Positions 27,867-42,000 are shown, counted from the first letter of the whole stretch. The stretch: DNA of 62,863 bases, filler included, from Choristocarpus tenellus KU-1152 (GCA_964200185.2; 11 parts of 11 records of this genome joined end to end with filler, not necessarily neighbours in it); one strand, 5' to 3'. Numbers and translations are program-made. Notes: a model not told the origin generated them from the sequence alone.

Positions 27867-28121
27867 GAGTGAAAGTATCTTAGAGGGTACGAGTTTTGTC
27901 CTGTTTGCCCATTATTTGGGGCTTGGCTTCCAATGTTTTTTTTAGTTGCATTTTCCTACTGCAAAATGTTTAGGAGTAAGAGAAATGTGTATGCTATGAA
28001 AAGGTGTGTCCGAAACATAGATATTGGCACTTTCTAACAAACACGACAACTAAAATTACATCAAAATCGCAACTTTGGTCCCCAAATGGACGCCGCACTA
28101 CCCTCTAAGATACTTTGGCTC
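27867..28121 (+). mobile_element. MITE family A copy
   Basis: GAGTGAAAGTATCTTAGAGGGTA / TACCCTCTAAGATACTTTGGCTC; TSD TTGA. Confidence 0.9.
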
Positions 28122-28510
28122 TTGAGGTAATCGAATTTTTGGAACCCTCACACCCTCCTCATCTCATGTTCCCCTCTGTTCCCCCTTCAGGATACCTATC
28201 GTGTTGTCCTTTGCCCATTAATACTTCTCCGTCTACTTTTCATCTGTGTAATATAAGAGAGGTCGATATCAGAGAAAACGGGATGTATGAGAGGATAAAT
28301 TGCCTTGTCACGATTTTTCAGGTTATAATAGAGGTTTCAGCATTTTCCTCCCAAATCTCTCTTATATCAATCAAACCCCCATTTTTTTTCATGACTTGAG
28401 GGTTTCACAAAACCCATGTCGAAAGTTAACCAAAATGTTACAAAAGTAAGGTATAAACCTGCTCGAGACCAGCAGTACAGAGCATAGCAGTCTTGTGTCT
28501 CTCAGTACTA

Positions 28511-29237
28511 CACAGTACGGTACATACAGTATGTCACATCAAGTTTAGACGAATGCATTATACAGATAGAACAATGCCCTTCACAGCGGGATCTAGCTGC
28601 AACATACAGGGTAATACTTCTGGTCCGCCACACTATGCATACTATAAATGTCGCGTTTGTAGCAGCTGTCTTCATGACATTTGCGGTGTCGTGGATCCTT
28701 TTGGCGCCAGCAAAATGAATCGCATGTACAAATTGTATGTGAGCCCCACCAAGTGCAAGGCTTCGAGTCCTCCAGCCAGTGACAACACAGCGTCAAAGTG
28801 CCATGGTAACAAGAACAAGGGGAAGGGGAAAGTGCTGCCAAATAAATCTACAGAGAAGGACACGTCCCGCAAGCCTCACGGTGCGACAATCGTAAACGCC
28901 TGGGCTTTGCAGAGAAGGTGAAAGTGTTGACTCTCCTGAAGACCATGGCGGGAACTGAAGTTTCTCAAAACTTTGGAATCGGTCACAGCACCCTCTACAA
29001 GTTGAAGAAGTAGGCAACAGCCATCATAGAGAAAGCGCAGACGCTGAATCCTGACACCAAGTCTACGAGGGGTGCCAAACATGTCGAGGTACGTCAGCAC
29101 GTGGATTGAAAATCTGAAAGTAGGTTGATTGTGATCGTGATTGAATTGTCTTTATGCACTCTCTGCTGATGAGGATCATGATTTAATTTTTTGAAAATTT
29201 GCGCGCGTTTCTGTCGTACTGCAATGTCTGTACGGTG
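28511..29237 (+). mobile_element. Internally deleted pogo/Tigger-like (Tc1-mariner) DNA transposon
   Basis: TA flanks; imperfect TIRs CACAGTACGG / CTGTACGGTG. From 28891: RKRLGFAEKVKVLTLLKTMAGTEVSQNFGIGHSTLYKLKK*...RGAKHVE, a CENP-B-type N-terminal HTH with an internal stop. Confidence 0.75.
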
Positions 29238-29244
29238 TACTAGT

Positions 29245-29359
29245 ATCACGGGTGGTCATTTTGCTCGTAGAGGTACGTTCCATAAGGTGCCCATACGGGA
29301 TTAATATATAGGAACTCCTTGTACAAGGTGTCACAAGGTGCAAAATGGCCACCCGTGAT
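29245..29359. mobile_element. 115-bp MITE-like element
   Basis: 20-bp near-perfect TIR ATCACGGGTGGTCATTTTGC / GCAAAATGGCCACCCGTGAT. Confidence 0.65.
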
Positions 29360-30558
29360 GTACCTCCTACATTTTAAAATGGCAGTTCCTGCTTAGTCTG
29401 TAAAGTGCTCTCCGTACGCTGGGTGCGAAACATAAACGTGTTGTGCTGTATAGTTGGTGTGTGGTGTCCTACTGTTACAATTACACCGTACAGTACTGCA
29501 CCGTGCAGACTGCTGCAGTAGTACAGCATAGTAGTCCAGTGCTGTACTGTACTGCATCCAATCTTGTCACATGACAATGATGTAAAGAACGACCTAGTAC
29601 AGTCAATACCTGTACAGGGTACTAAACTTTTGAAGGGGTTGACATCACGTTCCTAAGCTCGATTCACAACCCAAGCGTGGAATAATATAATCCAGACAGT
29701 TAAGAATTTCCTTCAGTTGTTCTGTAAGTACTTCCCGCTTAATGCATCCTGTACTAACGCACCCTGTTTTGGGAAAGTTTATGAAATAATCTGAGTTTTG
29801 TGGGCGAAGAATTCTGGTGGTAATGTGGTACAGGGAAGGGAGAGGTGAGGAAGGAAAAATAAAAAGTAGGCAAGGGGCAAACGAAGAGTTAAGTGATTAG
29901 GAGGCAGAAGAGGTAGGAGAAAAGTTAAAGAAGTGGTTGGTAGGTGGAGGCACAAGGTAAGAGGGAATTGTCAGTATGTAAAGAAAACCGAGGACTGGTG
30001 GTACAAGACGAGGAGGGGCTAGAACAAGACAGCCCCCGAGCAAGCTTTCCCGCCCACCCACCCTGTCGCTTGCTCACGACCAATTGGGATGCTGGGTAAA
30101 AAGGGAGGGGAGGCCAAGTTCGGGCAGGGCAGATGTCTTCTAGTTCAAAGGCACAGTATGAAGTGGATGATGAAGGCGTGTTTTGGGATGATTGTGGAGT
30201 GGTGTTGTGTGGTGTAGGGTTGAGTGGAGTGGTAACTGGTGTGGGGTTGAGGGGAGTGGTAATTGATGTGGGGTTAAGTGGGGTTGAAGGGTGAGGTGGT
30301 GACTGGAAATCAGTGGCAAAGGGCGTTCACACCGGTTGCTCATCGGAGGCGGGCGGTGGCTGGAAATCACGGGTGAAAGACGTTTGCATTGGTTGGTCAC
30401 CGCGTGGGGGGNNNNNNNNNNNNNNNNNNNNNNNNNNNNNNNNNNNNNNNNNNNNTTAATTAATTAANNNNNNNNNNNNNNNNNNNNNNNNNNNNNNNNN
30501 NNNNNNNNNNNAATTTCGTTCAACTCAATTCTGGGAGTAAGGGCAACCGAAGCCTACT

Positions 30559-30993
30559 GACCCAAGTATCTGTGGGGGGGGGGGGGTCTGCACCAGGGTG
30601 AATGGGTCATATACAGGAAAGGTGCACTTATTTTATCCATCCGACGTATGCAACCAAATCACCTAAAAATGCCAAGAGTGAAAGTATCTTAGAGGGTAAG
30701 AGTTTTGCCCTGTTTGTCCATTTGGGGCTTGGCTTCCCAAGAGGTTCTTAGGACATTTTCCTACCCCAAAATGTTTCGGACTAGGTGAAATGTATACGTT
30801 ATGAAAAGGTGTGTTCAGAACATGGATATTGACACTTCCTAACAAACACCATGGCCAAAATTGCATCAAAATCGCAACTTTGGATTTTGACCCCCAAATG
30901 GACGCGGGTCTACCCTCGAAGATACTTTGGTTCCAAGATGAAAAAATTGGCCCTAAATTGACAGCCACCACCCCCTCCCAGATACTTTGAGCC
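30559..30993 (+). mobile_element. MITE family B copy hosting a family A insertion
   Basis: GACCCAAGTATCTG / CCAGATACTTTGAGCC; TSD TACT; the two halves rejoin colinearly with the 8612-8788 copy. Confidence 0.85.
30676..30933 (+). mobile_element. MITE family A copy nested in family B
   Basis: GAGTGAAAGTATCTTAGAGGG / CCCTCGAAGATACTTTGGTTC; TSD CAA. Confidence 0.9.
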
Positions 30994-31977
30994 TACTACC
31001 GAACAGGGAGGGGCAAGATATCTACAATCCAATACCTCCACAAACACTTTCTTAACCTTCCAACTACCAACAAAATACCTCCATTTCTTTCTCCTGGGTC
31101 GGACGGAATTGGAAGAGATCATGCAGAGGTTGGGACCCAGTCTAGCACTAGGAAACCACCCACGTTAAGCACTAACGGTATGGTGGGAGGGCGGCATTTG
31201 CATGAGGATAATAGGAAGAAAACTGGGGTTAATATCAGAAGAGTATGCACTGCACTCGGACAGAACAAGGGGAGCAACGAGGATAGGTATGATGAGGAAA
31301 CTCAACTAGTCATACAGCAGGAGGGGAGACTGAGTCTGAGAGCTATTATGATAAACATTTTGGCTAACCAGAGGGAACCAGCGTAGGTTTCAAGGGGTCT
31401 ATTAGTAGAGGCTCAGTGCAGCCGAGGCAGGAGGTGGAACCATGAACTAGATGGAACACCTACTCAAAGGGTGAGATCGAGATTGGGCGGGGAGAGTATC
31501 TTCCGATTCAAAGGCATAGTGTAAATGAATGAGAGTGGAGTGCTTTGGATGATTGTGGGCTGTTGTGGAAGAATGGGAAATAGGTTTGACTGCTAACCTA
31601 CTATTGCACCATTGTGTTGCATTACTTCATCAATGCAAAAAGAAGTTTGATGTACTCCGGAGTATGAAGGTGGCATTAATGAATGCCTTATGAGGATATC
31701 ACTAGCAACAAATTTCATTTTATGGTCCTTGACTACAAATGAGTTCATTGTGTAACCCACCGTCGGTGACTCCATTGGAGGCTCCACAGGGATTTAAAGG
31801 GATTTGACATAAAGCTTCAAATTCACATCTGTCTTACCTGCAACAATTCCTGCACCAGTGACTAATTCCGCAGTCGAGGTAATCCGTAAGACTTGTGATA
31901 GAACCAGAGGAGCAGGCACTCGGGGGAGTGGGCATTTTTGCAGTCAGTATCATAATTCTCACTTTTTGACCCTCACT

Positions 31978-32228
31978 GAGTCAAAGTAAACGAGATGTAC
32001 CCACTGTTGCATTTCAGGGCTGCCGACGAATGTGTCTCTGTGTGTGTACAAACACCTTTAGGGGATTTCTGAATTCTGTAGAAAATTTCTAACAAATAGG
32101 GAAATCAACAGTCTCAAGTCAATGCTACTACTTCATCCATAGAAATAATGGTGAATTGCAAAAGATCGAAAAACTGTATTACAATGCAAAACGGGCAAAG
32201 CCTGGGTACCTCTCGTCTACTTTGGTTC
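31978..32228 (-). mobile_element. MITE family D copy
   Basis: GAGTCAAAGTAAACGAGATGTACCCA / GGGTACCTCTCGTCTACTTTGGTTC; TSD ACT. Confidence 0.85.
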
Positions 32229-34947
32229 ACTGTCGTTCTGGCATATGGGGTAATGATTTTTCTCACCTTGGAAGGGTTCATGAACTCCACCTAATGGTCA
32301 CCACCTTCATCTTGACATCTTGTGTACCGTGCTGTTGGAGGAATCCCATACCCTTCCCTGTAGTACATCCTCTACTACCTTCCACACTTCTACCCCTTCC
32401 TAATGAACTTGTACCACTGTTGTTCCCGCTCCCCAACCTACCCTCCACCTCTCACCCTATTTTCTTTGTACTCTCCCTGTTGGATCCCAAGCCCTAGAAT
32501 ATCTACCTATGAGTAATTTATTGATTCTCTCCCACTCTGAAAGACTAGGACTCCACTGTATCCCGTAGTATGCTACAATTTCCTACATACCTTCCCTCCC
32601 CTTTTCTTCATTGAGAACTCTCCTTTCTATCCAGAATTCTAAACTGTCCTGCTTGCACCTCCAGCAGATCTCTTGACCTATTCTCTGCCGAAACCAGAAT
32701 GAATCGCGTGAATAGCTTATAGTTTCAACATTGTCACAGCCTTTAAGTGGAAGTGTTTTTGGGAAATATGTCAGGTTATACCTTCTCAACGGGATCAGTT
32801 AGGTCTTGATGTAGTTGGTATACATGTGCCCTCAACCCCATAGCTCCACCACAACTAGTCAGGTATCAATCAGATGCTTAAAGTGTCCATGTGTGGTGTA
32901 CTCCTGCACTTTGCATATATTCGGTTGGTGTCTTGTCCCTAGGGGGGCTACTTCAAGCAGGGGTTGCGACGTTTGGTATACATGTACTCTCCTTCCCATT
33001 ATTACCAAGGGCATGCATGGCGACCTGTGAGTTGCCGTGGAAATGGAAATTCAGGTTGTAACTTTCTGGGTGAACTCAGTGAGATACGTAACGTACTTGA
33101 TATCTCTGTGGCCAAGTTCTAACAGTCCGACCGCAACTGGTCAAATATCACCAAATGCTTCAAGTTTCCATGCACCCCCTGCACATCTGCACTGTCAATA
33201 TGTTTTTTTCTCAAAGAAATATTGAAGCACAAAAAGACTGTGGCATAAGGTATGCATGTACTCTACCTACCAATTATCACATGGTGATGGCAACCCCTGA
33301 TTTATCTCATAAGTACTAGTGGTATCCTGGTAGTACAGTAATATCATTTACCGTCAATGAATACCTGAGTGAGACAGAATTCTATCAAGAATTGGGGAGC
33401 CGTGATTGTGATGAGAGCATCAACAAACTACTACTGCTTACTTAGCACAGTCACGTTCATGTGTACATGTCCCTATGGCATCAACCCTTATTTTCCCGCT
33501 GAGTCCCCCCAATATGACAATCACGGATTATCCAACTAGTTAGCATTCTACGATATGCCCTACCCCGTCAATTCCACCATGGATGCCAATGAGGTAACGT
33601 TTGTGACAAGACAACACATTCTACGACATATTCAACTAATCCCCAAATAGGACCTTCACGGTTATCAACCCAGCTACCACCCTACGAGGTGTGACTGTTG
33701 TGTCAATTTCATCACTCATGCCAAGGAATGTCCAAGTTTGCGACGGTAGCAGCAAAAACTAAGACCAACGGATTAAGCAGGACTCTGAATAAGTGTATGT
33801 ATTCCTAGTTACAAGCCATGTTATTAATACCCTAGGTCTTCCAATTGTGACTTTGACAAACTACAACGCGAAGTATAGTCACCCTACGATAAGCGCCCTT
33901 ACCTTTCAATTTCAACAAGAATGCTTAGGGGAAAAAAGTGTTAGCGACAGGAATGTCACAATCAACAAGTGATCAATGCACACACAATGTCTCCCAATCA
34001 CGAATTTCCCCTGATTATCAGAACAGCTTTCTCACTCCAATTTTGTCAATTTCATCACAAATGCCGCGGTATATTCAAGTTTGCGACCAGAGCGGGACAT
34101 AATACTGACAAGTACTCGAGACTCCCCGCCCGTGTCTTTGTCCCTCACTACACCCTCTTATTACCCTGGGTCCCCCACGATAGTATTGTAAGTGCCCCAA
34201 AGATCACTATTCAACATGTGCATTCTTTGCCTTTCAATCGTTTATTGACTAAAGGGGGTTCATTGTGACCTATAGTAACGAAATCGAAAAGTAGGGCATA
34301 GTTGGGGTGAAAAAACGAAAAGCTCAAATACAAACTCACACAGAATGGTATACAATGCCAAAACTTGGTTGGAGATGGGATCCTTATTTAAAAAGTGGGA
34401 AAAACTCAACAGTCGGCAGTGTAGTTGTGTTACTGTGCAACACACTTCCTCCACTGACTAAGCTCCACAATTTGTGCCTTGCCTGGTAGGCTTCCTTTCT
34501 TGCTTTGTTATTGCTTTCATGTAGTGACACCATCATCATCCATACTCTGGAGTTCCCTATGGTCGTGAAATCAGGTGTTTGATTTGTAATACGAGTCATA
34601 CAGCCTACGTTGTGTCATTTTATCATTCCTCCCACTCGCCGAAAATTGAAAATATCAAATTATGAACCGAACTTCTCCTCATATACCGGTCATTATTACA
34701 ATCATTTGTGATCGCGTCTTTCTACTACTGTAACTTGTGATGTGATCCAAGAGAACCATTCTTGGGAATTTCGCCAGGTCCCAACTCCTGGTAAACACAT
34801 GAATTCCACAACCGATGTAGTTGTGTTGCCACTCTCCCTCCAACAGGTAACTAGTCTGAGTGGACTCGAGACAGAGAGGTGAAGGTGTCCACGTCTATTT
34901 CAGACATCACGCCACTGGGTTATCGAAGGTGCTCTTTCTGTTTGGGC

Positions 34948-34963
34948 GGTGCTGAAAAGCACC
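34948..34963 (-). terminator. Histone mRNA 3' stem-loop
   Basis: Minus strand GGTGCT-TTTC-AGCACC (6-bp stem, 4-nt loop), about 85 nt after the H3 stop. Confidence 0.8.
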
Positions 34964-35047
34964 AAGTGTCACATCAAGGCCAAAAATAAACCACACCTAA
35001 CATAAAATTTGAGGCGGTCAGTTGATAGGGAAAACGTGCTAGGTCGC

Positions 35048-35373
<326 letters not shown>

Positions 35374-35515
35374 NNNNNNNNNNNNNNNNNNNNNNNNNNN
35401 NNNNNNNNNNNNNNNNNTTAATTAATTAANNNNNNNNNNNNNNNNNNNNNNNNNNNNNNNNNNNNNNNNNNNNTTTTTTTATATGAAAATTTTTTTTGAG
35501 GGGGGAGGGTGAAGA

Positions 35516-35700
35516 GGGGGGGGGGGGGGGGGGGGGGGGGGTGACTGTCTATTTGGGACCATTTTTTTTATGTTGCGATCTTTGGGTGATTTGGTTGCAT
35601 GCGTCTGATGGATAAATGTAAGTGCCCGTTTCCTGGTTATGGCCCAAATGGACACCCTGGTATAGATCCCCCTCCCCCTCCCCCCCAGATACTTTGGGTC
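35516..35700 (-). mobile_element. MITE family B copy, one end lost in poly-G. Terminal fragments also at 4167-4190, 13044-13066, 49985-50024
   Basis: Reverse complement of the 8612 and 30559 copies; ends CCCAGATACTTTGGGTC. Confidence 0.8.
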
Positions 35701-37320
35701 TCAGAGATGACAGGGATGAGAATATATTGCCAGTCTTCAACATGGTCGGCTTGTACTCCCTTAGTCACGTTTGTTGAAATGAATGAGCAGGGTCCGACCC
35801 TCATAGTGGTAAAATGTTGCTCAATTTCTGCTTCCAGACAGTAGGGTATGATAGTAGCATTTATCTTTCTGGTTGTCGTTCCAAGCCTCATAGAGCACTG
35901 TTTTGTTGGGGTTGGGGTCTCTTACTTAGCCTTGATGCCAGAGTGTCCAGCATCGCTTCAAGTGCCCAGTACTGGTTTGGAATGGATTGATGGTTGAGGG
36001 GTTAGAACTCTATTCGAGCATTCGAAGTTTATAATTCAAATCAAAGGATATCTTCCATGAGGTCCTTCTTTGTCTTGGATAATGAAGAAAAAAAATGTCA
36101 ACCCACCTTGTCGGAGCCAGTCCTTGAGACGGACCACCTCATGTTTCTCTGTTCGTACTTCTTTAAATACTTGCTCATGTTCTTAGAAGGACCTCCAGGA
36201 TGAAATCACACAATATCAGAGAAAGGCTGAACTGAATGATACATTGTCATTGTGCCTAAGTCTCCTTACTCATCTTCTCACCACATCTACCTTCTTGCCC
36301 AAGTGGGTTTTCGAGTGCTTTCCCAAACTTGGGTATGGTCAGGATGACGGCAGGCTCGATTTAATCTGGGCAAAAATATTCGGAGTTTAGACTCTGACTA
36401 TTTGACAGAGTCGTCCAAACAGCGATTTTCAAGGTTTTAAAAATCTTGTAGTTTTAAATGAGCCTTTTTGATAGCATAAGCAGCAACACAAGCTATTATA
36501 TGAACNNNNNNNNNNATACCAGTAAATAATCGTAAGTCTTTTTTAAATAAGTCATTAAAAACTTCTTTGGAAATATAGCCTTTAATTTTTAGTGTTGACA
36601 AGAAGGGAAACTTTCAAAATTCAAGCAGGAAAGAAATACAGAAGGAAGTCAGATGGACTGAAAACACTTCCTTATCGTGTGTGTGCTGCTTTGAGAGCAC
36701 TACCTGCACCTGGCGTACTATCTGCACATAGACCATGGATACAAATAGAGAGTATTATTCTGCGAGATTGCTGACCAAATAAGCGGGAAAATCCTAATCG
36801 TAGGGTGAGTTGGTGGGAGTTGAGAAAATACTGTACATGCGAAGATGTAAGAAACTGTTGATGGTGTAAGTCGAATCACATAAATATACATACAATATAG
36901 TTCGAAGTAATGCAGTGTATGTACAATGCTCTCTCCCCCTACAGTTATATTTTTGGTAACTCATTATTATTTTTGCTGGTGCGAAGAGTGCCAGACTAAT
37001 GGTCCAACCACCTTGGATCTTTGTTGCAGTCTGCATAAAGCATATATCACGGACCCCGCTCAAGTGTTAGCCTACTCCCTGTTGCTCTCCTCGTCCGACC
37101 TAGCTGTTTGTTGCCACTCTTGATACAACAAGAGTCCTTGGAGATGCACAGGTCAGAGGAGAGCTCCCTAACAGCTGCACAGTCCTACTGCATTGAAGAA
37201 GATGTTGAAGAGGGTAGGGGTAAGAGGATACCCTTGTAAACGAACCCTGTCCAACCTCAAACCCCGATATAATTATCCACCAGCTAAGTGAATGCATGCC
37301 CACATCGCATCTTGGCATAG

Positions 37321-37480
37321 TCAAATGATTGGAATCATCCGCTCAGGCACACCAAATTTACCAAGTATAGCCCACAAGAGTTCGCAGTCAACAGAAGGAT
37401 ACACCTTCTGTCGGTCAATAAAACACACAAATAACACGTTTTTCTGACCAAGCTCTTGAGGCCACATACACATGTCTGCA
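37321..37480 (-). mobile_element. RTE-like non-LTR reverse transcriptase fragment
   Basis: LFVCFIDRQKVYPSVDCELLWAILGKFGVPERMIPII matches the FIDL.KAYDSVDRE.LW..L..FGVP pattern. Confidence 0.8.
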
Positions 37481-39007
37481 AACAGTGGAGCATTGGGTCT
37501 AGATGCCCATGCTCTCTCTTCCCATGGGTAATCTCCCTGCAACAGCTTAATTAAGACATACTGGAGAGCTATAGTTTGCAGCATGTACCACCGATGAGGT
37601 AGTTACTTGTGTAGACAACACAATCTGTCCGACTCTTCTTATTGTTTAGCACTGTGATGACATGTAATGCGTTAACAGTTCCTGGTCCAAAGGAATATTT
37701 TAACACACATTCTTTGTATCCCTCATTATGCAATGCTGCCTAAGAGCAACAACAAACATATGCTCCTTAAAAAATATCATTTCTTAGAGTCCTCTAGGAT
37801 ACAACTATTACTACTACAGTTTGAACAATAAACATTTCTAAGTATACTGCGTAGCATTTTGCATGCTTGCACAGTGGTTGATTTGTTGGGACTGTAAAAC
37901 ACTTGTCCCATCTCTAAGTATCAAAATGTAAATTTCAATCTTCAGGGTATCTTTGTTGATCATTCACTTCAACACTTCCCTACCACCTAAGAACATTTGG
38001 AGTAAGGAAAGTGGATACAAAAAGATATTCTCAACCTCATACCCATTATCTGTGCAAGTAAGTCATTAGTCATACTCTTGATATTTCAGTCAAACACAAA
38101 CGCAGGCAATGCACTACACTCCAGTATGGTACTCAGTACGATGGTGTGAGGACAAGTGAACCATATTGAATCTACAGATAGGCAAAAAAGAGCCAGCTCA
38201 AGCAGTGGGCAAGTCTTTAGCATGTCTATGCAACAGCAGAGAAATATAACTTTCCAACTACTCAGGAGTACTTTACTTCATCCAAACAAAAGGAAGCCAA
38301 GGGGAAAAGGAAGTAGTCTTAACAAATTTCACAAGACCTTGCAAATAACACTGATGCAACCCCTCCCCCCAGCATCCACCCACCCACCAGGAGAGGGTAG
38401 AACGAAACAAATATCAATAAAAAAAATATACATCGAAGTACATAAAACATAAGACCAGAAAAAATCAAGACATGATTCAGAAATTTCCACAACAAATCGC
38501 CAGTTTAACTACACTCCTCCAACCTTTCCCCTACCACTTGTTACCAGTCAAGCAAAAAATCGAACAAATCAACTCATCACCAAAGAGTGCCAACAAACCC
38601 TTCACTTGTTACACCTCCACACAAGCAGCAGCAGTCCCTCCATACATACACAATCCCTCCTCCTGTCAACACTCCCAACATCTTCTGAGCAGTAACAAAA
38701 CAGGGATAACAAGTCACTCCCCACATCATACATCCACAGTCCCCGAGGACCTTGTTCCGGCACTAGTCCCCGGGGGTGCGGGATCACGCCAATCCAGGGC
38801 ACGCCCTTCCCTTCCCTGTCCAACAACAGCCCCTGCCTGGCCCGCAGCACCAAATCGTCCCCCCCCCCTTTCTCCACTCGTTCCATAAAAAGATCTTGTG
38901 CTACCACNNNNNNNNNNNNNNNNNNNNNNNNNNNNNNNNNNNNNNNNNNNNTTAATTAATTAANNNNNNNNNNNNNNNNNNNNNNNNNNNNNNNNNNNNN
39001 NNNNNNN

Positions 39008-42000
39008 GGGTTCTGTCGGCAGCGTTCCTGGTGCGGAAGAAGAACAAAACGGCCATGGAGGGTGGAACGCGGGCGTTTGCTGTACTGAATGCAATCCTCC
39101 ACCTACGTCTCGGTGAGTAATGTAGTTGTAACAGTGCACACGAGGATGGAGGGTAGTTAAGGGCGTAATATTGGTTTCCATCCAATCCCCTGAACGGCTA
39201 ACTAGGTTGTCTCTTTTCAGCGGTGCACGCCATTGAACCGGTGGAACTTGCGGGGTACCTCTGTGTGTGGCGCTGTGGTCGCTACCCCCACGTCTCTTTA
39301 TTTGCCACAGTCCGATTGTGTGTTAATGCATGTACATCACCGACTGTTGTATCTCACCTGTACTACTTCGTGCTGTTTTGCGCCGCCGATTTCGTGGTCC
39401 TTCGTAACCGTGGATCCCCGTGTTGCGTTATTGCGCCCAATTAATGATTTTGAAAAATACTATCCTGTCTGTTTAACGCTCTCGTTCGATGACACGCGCG
39501 ACAGGTATTCATGCCCAAAGTGCTCCATCATGCATATGGGCGAATGTGCCTACGTGGAGATTGTAGGCAACGAGAGGCACAAGGATCGATTATGTATCAA
39601 TTGCCCCATGGCACAGCAGGGCAGCGAAGGGTCTGGATCAGTGGGGAACGAAGCGGTGAGTGAGGGCAGGGGCAAGGGCAAGGGTAAGGGTTAGGCAAGG
39701 AGCGTGGGCGGGTCACCCACCAGACAAAGCCTTTTACATCCTCCCTCATGCAGCGAAACGGCGGGCATGGAGAAGTGCATGTGGGTCTCGGCGCGGTTGC
39801 ACATTATACGGACAAAAAATTACTCTCTGCGTGTTTGGTTTCGCGTTGGTTTGCATGTAGATCTTGGCTGCTTGTACATCATGTGGATTGGTCGTCCTTT
39901 GTGCGTTGGATGTGTCGTTTTTTGGAGGTTTCCATGGGCCATGGAACTTAGTGTTTTAACGTCTACCCTCCTTGCGCGAGATGTATCTGATGGGTCTGGC
40001 ATTGTGGAGGGTACAGCTTGATATTTTGGGGATGCCGTGGAAATATTGTCAGGACCTCACTTAATGAAAAGATTGCCTGCACCGTTGCTTACGACATTGT
40101 CCTTCTTGTCGTGCTGTCTGTCTACTGTGTCGTGTGTCATGATATCCAACCAGGACTGAGAACACTGCACTACACGACCTTCACCCTATCAAACCTACGA
40201 TACCCTTAGACCGCCTGAAAGAGTTCGCCTTCCGAAATGCGCCAAAGCTCGCCATAGTGTCCATTGCCGTCGATCCAAGACTGCTCAACGACGAAGAGGC
40301 GACCAACACACACTTGCGCCAGGTGCTTAAGTGCTTGCAGGTGAAGATAGATCCTCAGAGCACCATCGCTCTCATTGTGCCCCAGCCGTGGGCCGCGCAA
40401 TTACACCGCCTAAGCGGTGAGTTGCAGAGTTCGCAAGTGCTGGAATACGGGGTATATTACGGAAGACTGTTGCGATCCGCCATGGCCGTTATCAGTCCGT
40501 CCGTGTGCCCATCGAATATTGTAAGGCCGTTCAGGAGATACGGATGATGTTGTGTGTCTTTCTTTTTCACTTTCCCCATGTTGTTTCATGTTCTTCGTAC
40601 CTTCTACTTCCTTTTGTGTCTCTTGCTCTTTCCCCCGGGTCGTTCGTAGTTCTTTGTTTCATTGTACGCGAATCGCATGCTGGTGTAACTTGTCTTCACT
40701 ACATATTCTTGCCGTATTTCCTTCTATTACAGAATTTCCTATTGTTTGCATTTTTTGCATTTGTTATTTGCCTTGCGTTCTACACTCATTGTACTATTAT
40801 AATGTTAGTGGTATGAGATTTCATGGATCCCTACGATAACTACTTGTGTGATGTCACTGTCATGTTTGACGCATGCCGGACCCACGCGCTCGCTCCCGCC
40901 TTTTATTCATTCTTGGGCTCTTATGGCGTCGAAGGCGGGCTTGGTTGTGGAGGGTCATCCCCTAACCCTAATATACAAGACGAGGGGGGAGGGGCGCCCT
41001 CAATCAGGCACTAATAACCATCTCAGATGTTGTCAGGACATTATTATTCTCGCGCACAACGATGGGACAGAGTTCACATGCAACAAGCAAGTAACCGTCG
41101 ACGACATCTTTGACTACGGGCATGATGCATCTCCTCCGGTACTCCAAACCATGTTGGACGTCGAGTACCAAGGTGCTGCACCGGACATCCCCATGTGGGC
41201 CCTCCACTTCCTCGTTAACAGGTTCGTTAATAACGTCACGCACACCCTTCTTCACAGGAGCAGCGACTTTTTTTGTATAAGTTTAGGAGATCGTTTAACA
41301 GTAACACAACAAGCTGGGTGACGGTTCAGGGGCGTCAAACCATCCCACGAGTGTGTTTCCCTGAAGCAGTATGTTAAGCGTCAAACCGCACGAAGAGTGA
41401 GTTGCCCTGTACCGGAACGTTACTCATACATTGCGATATGATGAATCCGTGCGCAATACAATGTACTCCTCGGGATAACTGACGAACTGCCCTCCTATGA
41501 TAGGTACACGAATGCTGTGGACACCGTCGTCTCCTTCAGCGCAGAGAGGCACAACGTGGTGGAGGCGGCCCTTGAACGGAGCAGAAGGGTGGAGGTGTTC
41601 GTGTCCAACGCGGCGTCAAAGGACGAGGTGAAAGAGAAGATGGAGACCTCCTTCGCCCAAGCCTACAAGGACGGCAAGTGGAAGGTAAGAAGGGTGTGCT
41701 GGCTTTTTTTCCATTGCTTTCCAACTTGTTGTCTGTCTTGGTTCCCTATGGATAGGTCTCGGGCGTGCAATTGTTGTAGTGATGTTTCCTTGTCATTGTT
41801 AACACGCATTATAATTTCGTTTCATGAATATATCCTGCAACATCCAAAGATATTAAGAAACATATTAATAATAGCGGAAAAACCTTGTTATTATTTAAAG
41901 AATACGCCAGTAGAACAATATTACAAGAAAGAACTTTATTGCGATAATTTTGGTAAATGGCCATATAGGGATGAAAAAACCTGTATAATAATACGTATTG

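Noticed and set aside
38600-38907. Possible 3' end of another CRE-like LINE on the minus strand
   Set aside because: Weak similarity (LVLRARQ) with no diagnostic motif.
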